Positions 7,703 through 14,120 of a stretch of DNA of 14,120 bases are shown piece after piece. The notes beneath the pieces were generated by a model. The model searched no databases, was not told the origin of the DNA, and worked only from the letters and a program-made list of their open reading frames with translations. The stretch spans positions 1 to 14,120 of the forward strand of contig BTVY01000084.1 of the NCBI GenBank assembly GCA_045863335.1, read 5' to 3'. Numbering within the stretch: position 1 is the stretch's first letter; each line of letters starts with the position of its first letter. The position numbers and the translations under genes are program-made. This DNA is from Candidatus Hydrogenedentota bacterium. GTDB taxonomy: Bacteria; Hydrogenedentota; Hydrogenedentia; Hydrogenedentales; SLHB01.

Positions 7703-8527
7703 TCAGCAATGCTTCAGATACGCGGCCTTGATCCGCTCCACGAACGCGGCCTGATCCCCCGCCCAATACTCGGTCGAAAAGATCTCGACCTCATCGTATC
7801 CCGAGAACCCCTGCGCCTCGACCCAGCCGCGGATCTCGGGGAGGTTGATGCAGCCTTCGCCCATGAGACCGCGATCGTTGAGAATATCCCGCGTGGGCGT
7901 GCGCCAGTCGCAGAGGTGGAACGAGAAAATCGTGTTGCCCGCGCGCGCGATCTGGTTCGCCAGGTCCGGGTCCCACCAGAGGTGATAGACGTCGACCGTC
8001 ACCCCGAGGAACGGCGACGCGAGCGCCTCCACCATGTCATTCGCCTGCGCCAGCGTGTTCACCGCCGATCGCGAGTCCGCGTACATGGGGTGCAAGGGTT
8101 CGATGGCGAGTTTTACGTTCGCCGCCGCCGCATACGGCAGGACCTTCGCAATGCCGTCGAGAATCTGTTTGCGCCCTTCCGCGAGCGGCATCCCCGGCAC
8201 CGCGCCGCAGACCAGCACGATCAACGGCGCGCCAATTGCCACCGCCTCGTCGACCGCCTTGCGGTTGTCGTCGATGTTCGCTTGCCGCCCCGCCGCCGTG
8301 TCCGCCGGAAAGAACCCGCCCCGGCACAGGCTCACCACGTGCAGCCCCGACCCGCGCAACATCCGCCCGGCCTCCTCCGGCCCGTACGGTTCCAGATGCT
8401 GCCGCCACACCGTGATCCCCGGCACGCCCGCCTTCTCGTACCCGTCAATTGCCTCCCGCAACGACCACGGCTTCGTGGTCATCGTGTGCAGGCATAGCTT
8501 GGAATGGTCGGTGATGGTCTTCGGCAT
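7703..8527 (-). CDS. Sugar phosphate isomerase/epimerase (xylose isomerase-like TIM barrel family)
   Basis: Metal-ligand pattern LAIEPLHP...DVYH...FHLCDW...DRGLMGEG...EVEIFS. GGAGG RBS before the ATG. Confidence 0.88.
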   Translation of the reverse strand: MPKTITDHSKLCLHTMTTKPWSLREAIDGYEKAGVPGITVWRQHLEPYGPEEAGRMLRGSGLHVVSLCRGGFFPADTAAGRQANIDDNRKAVDEAVAIGAPLIVLVCGAVPGMPLAEGRKQILDGIAKVLPYAAAANVKLAIEPLHPMYADSRSAVNTLAQANDMVEALASPFLGVTVDVYHLWWDPDLANQIARAGNTIFSFHLCDWRTPTRDILNDRGLMGEGCINLPEIRGWVEAQGFSGYDEVEIFSTEYWAGDQAAFVERIKAAYLKHC

Positions 8528-8680
8528 GTTGCCCTCCGCGCGAAAAATGAACCTGGGCGGTTCAGCGTACGTATATTAAGTGATCGACATCTCTGGGAGA
8601 TCTTATCGAGAACTTTCTAAAGGCACCCTAAGTACAAGCCAACTCAATAAGGATACACTGAGGGATTAGCCCTGCACTCG

Positions 8681-8956
8681 AAAAACATCCCCCTTGATCC
8701 CCCTTCAAAGGGGGAATACGGCGCAACGCGGAGCGTTGCGACGGGCGCGGTTCGAGGCCAGGAATTCAAATGTACCATGATACTCACAACGAAAAATACC
8801 CTTGACACCTCCCGCTTTGACGAGAGGACCGACAGAAGTCGATTCGCAGGCCGGAACGCACTGCAGGGAGATCGAGAGGATTCGAGTAATTGCGAAAACA
8901 CCAACGAATTCGGATATCCAATTCCCCCTTTGAAGGGGGATCAAGGGGGTGTTCTT
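8681..8956. repeat. Inverted pair of the same REP-like units (element 2)
   Basis: AAAAACATCCCCCTTGATCCCCCTTCAAAGGGGGAAT (8681-8717), hairpin CGCAACGC-GGA-GCGTTGCG (8722-8740), and a reverse copy at 8920-8956. Confidence 0.9.
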
Positions 8957-9072
8957 CATACACTTTGCGAGCCTTTTTTGTAGGCCTTCCTCATAATACG
9001 CATTTATTGGTGGTTACCGACTCGCTACCTTTCAGGTACGGCACAGCCTTATGTGAAGTAAGGAAATGAACG

Positions 9073-9678
9073 ATGGAGGTTAATCGAGTATATCCGCATA
9101 AAGCGATGCGACGCCGGACATTCTGCGCGACGCTCTGCGTCGCCGTAAGCCTCGCCACGTCGGGGTGCGGAGCGCCGGCCAGTACGCTCGCCGGTCAGAT
9201 TGAGTGGGTGCGTTTCCAGGGAACCTTCGGAAGCGCCGAAGGTCCCATGACCAGCGTATTCGGCGCCGCGTTCCTCCTGTTGGAAAAGGACTACGAATCG
9301 GTAGGCTATCAAGGACCGCCGAGAGGATTTCCCAAGACCACAGAGGAATCCATCGATTGGCAACGGCAGATGCCCGAAGAATGGTGGATCTATTCGTCGA
9401 TACCCTACGAGTGGTGGGGGCGCGACTCGGGAACGGAACCCACCGAAGTGACGCTCCCCCTCGACGTCCCGGTCCCGCTCCTGCGCGCACACCTCGACAG
9501 CGCCGGCCGGTTCGAGTTCCAGGACCTGCCCCGTGGCCGCCACACGCTCTTCATCCGCTGGGGCAAGAACCCCGATCCGCAAAACAATATCTCCGGTCCC
9601 TACGAGGTTATCGTCGAACACGGTGGACGGATCGAGCAGGTGTTTCCTGTAAGCGCCTTTGACATGATCGACACCTAG
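9073..9678 (+). CDS. Hypothetical lipoprotein with a probable carboxypeptidase-regulatory-like beta-sandwich (start 9073 or 9106)
   Basis: MRRRTF, hydrophobic stretch and lipobox-like TSGC. LDSAGRFEFQDLPRGRHTL resembles the D..G.F.F..LP.G.Y.L pattern of prealbumin-like folds. AAGGA upstream of 9073. Confidence 0.6.
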   Translation: MEVNRVYPHKAMRRRTFCATLCVAVSLATSGCGAPASTLAGQIEWVRFQGTFGSAEGPMTSVFGAAFLLLEKDYESVGYQGPPRGFPKTTEESIDWQRQMPEEWWIYSSIPYEWWGRDSGTEPTEVTLPLDVPVPLLRAHLDSAGRFEFQDLPRGRHTLFIRWGKNPDPQNNISGPYEVIVEHGGRIEQVFPVSAFDMIDT

Positions 9679-9792
9679 CGGGCGGATGCCGTTTCTATAA
9701 CGGTCTCGCTGAACGGCGTGACATTCATCACAGTGCCACCGCGTGCGTAAGCACCCCGCGCCGATATCCCCAGCCACAACCGGTCGCTGCAG

Positions 9793-9940
9793 CTGCCGTG
9801 CCCCACCGGGACATCGGGCTATTGGAGCGCTGGGGCCTACCCATTGCGTCCACTGCGTTACACAGAGACATTGGGAACTCGGACTGGGTGGGGCCTACAC
9901 CCATCGCGTCTGCCGTGTCCCAACGGGACATTGGGAACTC
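9793..9940 (+). repeat. Degenerate tandem repeat, ~59 bp period, ~2.5 copies
   Basis: Recurrent blocks CTGCCGTG(C/T)CCCA.CGGGACAT, GACATTGGGAACTC (9867-9880, 9927-9940) and TGGGGCCTAC..CCAT.GCGTC. Confidence 0.8.
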
Positions 9941-10159
9941 AGCCCCAGGTTACGCGGACGCGTCAGTGAGACGCGGCCGCGCTACCTGGGGAACTATGGG
10001 ATACCCACATCGACTACCCCGAAGGGGTTGAGGCCACAAGCCCTTCGGGCTAGACCGGTCACTTTTTGGCAAGCGTACCCCAGGTAGCACGTCTCCGTCT
10101 CACGAGGTTCGACTCCGCCGTGCAACCTGGGGCTAAAAGCCCATAGTCCCGTTGGGACA
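9916..10159. mobile_element. ~244 bp non-autonomous palindromic element (REPIN/MITE-like)
   Basis: 14 bp perfect terminal inverted repeat TGTCCCAACGGGAC / GTCCCGTTGGGACA. Further arm-to-arm matches AGCCCCAGGTT / AACCTGGGGCT, GTGAGACG / CGTCTCAC and GCTACCTGGGG / CCCCAGGTAGC. Two small central hairpins. Mobility is inferred, not shown. Confidence 0.75.
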
Positions 10160-10387
10160 GGGGACTGTGCTTCACGCTGCATGTATCCGGATTTTTGAAA
10201 GTTCTCCTTCGCGAGGGTGACGGCCTGGGGGCGGGTCGCATTGAGTGTGAGAATCGGAAGCGATTGGTGTGCACAGAGGTCCTTCCCGTGATACACTTGG
10301 GGTACGGTCGCACCTGATTCTATAGTGAATCGTGTGGCTGGTTCCTGATGGCTTCCTTGGGCTGCATTGTCAATGTCAGGAAACACG

Positions 10388-10762
10388 ATGGAGAGTCTTG
10401 TAATAACCAGTCAGAATCTTCAAACCGTGAATTGGGGCGGGGATGACTGCTTCAAATACTGTGAGTTTCTCGGAATTGCTCCCCAGGGCGTGCATGTTGA
10501 GGCGGACTTCTCGAATTGCACATTCAAGGATATCGACTGGTATTGGGGCCTCTTCAACATCGTCACCTTCGTCGACTGCCGCTTCATCAACTGCACGTTT
10601 AGAGGCTGTTCCTTCCCCGGTTGTCGTTTTGTGGACTGTGAGTTTGATGGTGTCCGCTTCGTTCGAGACAATCTTAATGGAGCGTGCAGTTTTGAAGGCG
10701 CGGTGGCGTATGGTTGCAGAGTAATGAACTCAGAAGGCTTCGAGATTGAAACAAAGGAATAG
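10388..10762 (+). CDS. Cys-rich pentapeptide-repeat protein (start may be 10373)
   Basis: Five-residue periodicity ADFSN CTFKD IDWYW GLFNI VTFVD CRFIN CTFRG CSFPG CRFVD CEFDG VRF. AGGA upstream of ATG 10388. Confidence 0.85.
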   Translation: MESLVITSQNLQTVNWGGDDCFKYCEFLGIAPQGVHVEADFSNCTFKDIDWYWGLFNIVTFVDCRFINCTFRGCSFPGCRFVDCEFDGVRFVRDNLNGACSFEGAVAYGCRVMNSEGFEIETKE

Positions 10763-10819
10763 CGTGATGCTTCGGCATTCATGGCGAGCCGGGCGGGCGT
10801 CCGCATATTTGGAGACCCT

Positions 10820-11407
10820 ATGTGGAATGAACGCTACGCGGTAGACGAATACGTTTACGGAACGGAACCCAACACTTTCCTTGCGGAACATGCAGCGCTG
10901 CTCAAAGGGCCCGTGCTGTCGTTGGCGGAGGGGGAAGGGCGCAACGGGGTCTTCCTCGCGACGCGGGGGTTGGAGGTCCATTGCGTGGACGGCTCGGACG
11001 TGGGTCTCGCGAAGGCGCGGCAACTGGCCGAGTCCCGGAACGTAACGATTCACACGGAAGTGGCCGATCTCGCGGTGTTTGAACCCGAGGCCGGCCGCTA
11101 CGGTTCGGTCATCTCCATCTCGGCCCATCTGCCCGGCGCCATCCGCGCGCGGCTCTACCCGCTCGTCGAGCGTTCGTTGCAGCCCGGCGGGATCGTGTTG
11201 TTGGAGGCCTATTCCGAGGCCCAGTTGCCCCGCGGCACCGGCGGTCCTAAGGACGTCGATTACCTGATGAGCGTCGCCAAGATCGAACGCGAATTCCCAA
11301 ACATGGAACCCATCCTCCTGCAGGAACTCGACCGCGAAATCAACGAAGGCACCTACCACACGGGGTTGGCGTCCGTCGTGCAGTTTATTGGGCGGAAGAA
11401 GGCGTAA
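10820..11407 (+). CDS. Class I SAM-dependent methyltransferase (TehB-like)
   Basis: MWNERY...YGTEPN.FL, motif I VLSLAEGEGRN, VD.S.VGL.KA, L.PGG..LLE. GGAG RBS at 10811. Confidence 0.9.
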   Translation: MWNERYAVDEYVYGTEPNTFLAEHAALLKGPVLSLAEGEGRNGVFLATRGLEVHCVDGSDVGLAKARQLAESRNVTIHTEVADLAVFEPEAGRYGSVISISAHLPGAIRARLYPLVERSLQPGGIVLLEAYSEAQLPRGTGGPKDVDYLMSVAKIEREFPNMEPILLQELDREINEGTYHTGLASVVQFIGRKKA

Positions 11408-11484
11408 CGAACTTAGATCCGTATGCGGTTGTCGCTTGCTGCGTTAGGCGATCACCGAGATTTGGACGGCTCTGGCTTCGAGGC

Positions 11485-11561
11485 CGCCCGCCGTGGAAGG
11501 CGGGCGCTACAGGATTCATCGGCGGGGGAACCCCTGTAGCGCCTGGGTTCCACCCCAGGCG
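11485..11561. repeat. GTAG-family REP doublet in inverted orientation
   Basis: Minus copy CCTGTAG-CGCCCGCC-TTCCAC-GGCGGGCG (11513-11485); plus copy CCTGTAG-CGCCTGGG-TTCCAC-CCCAGGCG (11533-11561). Confidence 0.85.
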
Positions 11562-11620
11562 GTGCTGGTGAGGGACTCCGCTATCGTGCATACATACTGA
11601 AAGGCGCGGAACCCAGGGCG

Positions 11621-12052
11621 ATGAAAGCTTGGTTCAAGAATCTCACGCTGGCGAAACTGATACTCACGCTAATCGCAGTGGCGATCGCGTGGGTGCTGGC
11701 CGCGTGGCCGTTCGGCGCGGTCATGGCCCATATCGACCATTGGCGCGGGCACGATGAAGTCAAGACCTTCGGATTGCCTGCGGACTGGAGTGACGACTAC
11801 GCCGCACTCCTTCGCGATCGCTACGGCGTGGAACTGAACTCCGTTGCCGGATGCACTCCACCTGTCTCGCTGATGCAATACGTGGAAGGATACAACCGCG
11901 TATCGGAGTCGTATCTCCAACAGAAATATGGCAAGGACATTCTTGGAGAATGCGCGGAGGAAGCGCGAGCGAATTACAGGGAGACCGCCGAATACGGCGG
12001 CGAGTACGACGGGTGGGAGACGATTGTCTCCAAGTCCGAGGATGTGCGATAA
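11621..12052 (+). CDS. Hypothetical membrane-anchored protein
   Basis: One N-terminal hydrophobic helix followed by a soluble domain (RYGV...AGC...GYN...L..KYGKD). Composition is protein-like; AGGG precedes the ATG. Confidence 0.7.
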   Translation: MKAWFKNLTLAKLILTLIAVAIAWVLAAWPFGAVMAHIDHWRGHDEVKTFGLPADWSDDYAALLRDRYGVELNSVAGCTPPVSLMQYVEGYNRVSESYLQQKYGKDILGECAEEARANYRETAEYGGEYDGWETIVSKSEDVR

Positions 12053-12063
12053 ACGGAGACATC

Positions 12064-12306
12064 ATGGGATTCTCGGGTAGGCTCAGGAAAGTCAGAGATC
12101 AAGACGCGACAATCCCTGAGCGCGTAATGGCATTATGCGATGCATTGACTCATTGCCACGCTGGCTATGCAGGAGGCAAGGCAGAGCTTCGGGAACGATT
12201 TGGCTGGGAAATTGGTGAACCAATAGACAACGAAACTCTTGTTGCGATGGCGGATTACCTAAGTGAGCAGTGGGCGTTTAAGGAGTGTCGTCGCGATGGG
12301 GTCTAG
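12064..12306 (+). CDS. Small hypothetical protein (80 aa)
   Basis: GGAG RBS at 12055-12058 and ATG 11 nt after the upstream stop. It is the C-terminal part of track ORF 11851..12306. Hairpin GCGATTC / GAATCGC directly follows the stop. Confidence 0.55.
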   Translation: MGFSGRLRKVRDQDATIPERVMALCDALTHCHAGYAGGKAELRERFGWEIGEPIDNETLVAMADYLSEQWAFKECRRDGV

Positions 12307-12366
12307 CGATTCACTCCATGGAATCGCCATAACGGAGCACCAATAAGCCAACACGCTAGGAATAAT

Positions 12367-12789
12367 ATGATGAAAACGCTTTTCTATGTTTTCGCCGCTG
12401 GTTGTTTCCTCGCCACTGTCCTGCTTGTTTACAAAATTGTTGCCGGAACACATAGCAGCCTGATTCATCAAATTGGACTTATTATTTCCTTCCTGGGTGC
12501 TGGTCTGACTTATTTTGTTTTTGGGTTAAAGAATTATCAGGGATATTGGTCATCGGTCATCGGTGTCTTCCTAATAGCCCTTGCGGGTAGTGGATTAAGC
12601 GTAGAAATTAGAAAGCGCGCCAGTTCGCCGGATTACGATGAGCTTTTTGGAATCGTCTTAGTCGCGGTGCTGACAATTCTCGGCGGGCTATTGATTCTTG
12701 CGGGGCACAAGTTGCATCGGTGTATTCTTCGGTTGGAGCAATTAGAAGCGAGCCCCAGTTTTCAACCGGGGCCGAAGGCGATGCAGTAG
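12367..12789 (+). CDS. Hypothetical integral membrane protein (about four TM helices)
   Basis: Four hydrophobic segments; AGGA upstream; visibly more AT-rich than the flanking core genes. Confidence 0.7.
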   Translation: MMKTLFYVFAAGCFLATVLLVYKIVAGTHSSLIHQIGLIISFLGAGLTYFVFGLKNYQGYWSSVIGVFLIALAGSGLSVEIRKRASSPDYDELFGIVLVAVLTILGGLLILAGHKLHRCILRLEQLEASPSFQPGPKAMQ

Positions 12790-12840
12790 TTCGCGCGCGT
12801 CGCTACGACCAATAAGCAGACGACGATATTCATACTATCC

Positions 12841-13929
12841 CTACCCCTTCGCCGTCTCCATCATCGAGATGAACCGCTCGAAGAGATACCGGCTGTCGTG
12901 TGGGCCGGGGGACGATTCCGGGTGGTACTGGACGCTGAAGATGGGGAGCTTCTTGTGTTCCATGCCTTCGACGGAACCGTCGTTGAGGTTGGTGTGGGTG
13001 ACGCTGACTTCGGAGGCGTCGAGCGAATCGGCGTCGACGGCGAAGCCGTGGTTCTGCGCACTGATTTCGACCTGGCCGGTCGTGTGGTTCATGACGGGCT
13101 GGTTGCCGCCGCGGTGTCCGAATTTTAACTTGAAGGTCGTGCCGCCGAAGGCGTGGCCGAGGATCTGGTGGCCGAGGCAGATGCCAAAGATGGGCTTCTT
13201 GCCGAACAGGCCCTGCACGGTGGGGTAGATGTACGGCAACGCGGCCGGGTCGCCGGGGCCGTTGGACAGAAAGATGCCGTCGGGCTTCTGCGCGAGGGCG
13301 TCTTCGGCCGACGCGGTGGCCGGCATGACGATGACCTTGCAGCCGGCCTCTTCGAGGAGCCGCAGGATGTTGTACTTGATGCCGTAGTCGAAGGCGACGA
13401 CGCGGTACTTGCCCTCGAATTCCGGGTTCCACTCGTAGGGTTCCGTGACGCTGACGGCCTTCACGTAATCGCTGCCCGCCATGTCCGGCGAGTCGATGGC
13501 CTTCTGGATGAGGCTTTCGCGATCGAAGTCGACGGTGCTGACGACGGCCTTCTTCGCGCCTTCCGTGCGGAGCATCTTGGTGATGCGCCGCGTGTCGACG
13601 CCGTCGATGGCAACGATGCCGTGTTCTTTCAGGTATTCCGGCAACGTCTGCTTCGAGCGCCAGTTGCTGGGTTCGAAGCAGCATTCGCGCATGACGAAGC
13701 CTTCGACAAAGGGTTTGCGCGATTCCACGTCTTCCGGATTGACGCCGTAGTTCCCGATGAGGGGGTAGGTCATGGTGACGATCTGGCCGGCGTAGGAGGG
13801 GTCCGTCAGGATTTCCTGGTACCCCGTCATGCTGGTGTTAAAGACCAGTTCGCCGAAAGATTCGCCCTCGGCGCCGACCGCCCGGCCCTCAAAAACCGCT
13901 CCATTTTCGAGCGCAAGTATGGCTTTCAC
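12841..13929 (-). CDS. carA: Carbamoyl-phosphate synthase small (glutaminase) subunit, ~362 aa
   Basis: [36 protein letters not shown] (catalytic Cys), QYHPE.SPGPHD (His-x-Glu). GTG start at 13929 with AAGAGGA RBS. Confidence 0.97.
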   Translation of the reverse strand: MKAILALENGAVFEGRAVGAEGESFGELVFNTSMTGYQEILTDPSYAGQIVTMTYPLIGNYGVNPEDVESRKPFVEGFVMRECCFEPSNWRSKQTLPEYLKEHGIVAIDGVDTRRITKMLRTEGAKKAVVSTVDFDRESLIQKAIDSPDMAGSDYVKAVSVTEPYEWNPEFEGKYRVVAFDYGIKYNILRLLEEAGCKVIVMPATASAEDALAQKPDGIFLSNGPGDPAALPYIYPTVQGLFGKKPIFGICLGHQILGHAFGGTTFKLKFGHRGGNQPVMNHTTGQVEISAQNHGFAVDADSLDASEVSVTHTNLNDGSVEGMEHKKLPIFSVQYHPESSPGPHDSRYLFERFISMMETAKG

Positions 13930-13962
13930 AGACAAATTCCTCTTGATTGGTAAATTCTGACG

Positions 13963-13992
13963 ATCATAACCGAACACCGCGGATCGGTTCAA
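13963..13992 (-). promoter_or_regulatory. Candidate sigma70 promoter for carA
   Basis: Minus strand TTGAAC, 18 nt spacer, TATGAT, ending ~33 nt before the GTG. Confidence 0.45.
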
Positions 13993-14049
13993 ATTCTGGG
14001 CAAAGAATTGGCCGCTGTGACGGGCCGTTGTACTGACTGGATCGGACCA

Positions 14050-14080
14050 AAGAACATCCCCCTTACCCCCTTCAAAGGGG
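14050..14080 (+). repeat. Fifth, slightly degenerate CCCCCTT-N-AAGGGG unit
   Basis: AAGAACATCCCCCTTACCCCCTTCAAAGGGG matches 7506-7540 apart from a short deletion and a substitution. A partner may lie beyond the window. Confidence 0.85.
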
Positions 14081-14120
14081 TGCAGTTCTGTGAGTACCGC
14101 TTCATGCGGCGTTTTCCAAT

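Noticed and set aside
7592-8497. 301 aa plus-strand ORF
   Set aside because: Starts in the repeat element and is antisense to the isomerase gene.
8644-8983. Small ORFs of 68-86 aa
   Set aside because: Translations of repeat element 2 (PFEGGSRG, PPLKGDQGG); no transposase motifs.
9728-10386. Several short ORFs, and a possible CRISPR reading of the tandem repeats
   Set aside because: The ORFs run through palindromic repeats. The repeats are degenerate, lack unique spacers, and no cas genes are present.
13930-13992. N-terminal extension of carA
   Set aside because: CarA similarity begins at KAILALENG; the RBS precedes GTG 13929, and the extension covers the candidate promoter.

Overview
GC-rich bacterial DNA in four blocks. 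(1) 1-4605: a KaiA-less clock-like signalling locus, kaiC-kaiB-PAS/PAS hybrid histidine kinase in an apparent operon. A divergent receiver-domain gene, missing from the ORF track, starts at 87 and runs off the window. (2) 4657-8527: two minus-strand carbohydrate-related genes, a secreted heparinase II/III-like protein with two CxxC pairs and a sugar-phosphate isomerase/epimerase. (3) 9073-12789: six short unrelated plus-strand accessory genes (lipoprotein, pentapeptide-repeat protein, SAM methyltransferase, three hypothetical or membrane proteins). (4) 12841-13929: carA without an adjacent carB. Intergenic DNA carries three distinct palindromic repeat families: five CCCCCTT-N-AAGGGGG units (four forming two inverted pairs that bracket the isomerase gene), a ~244 bp nested-palindrome element with decayed tandem copies of its left end, and a GTAG-type REP doublet with compensatory stem changes. 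All family assignments come from reading motifs by eye; no database search was run.
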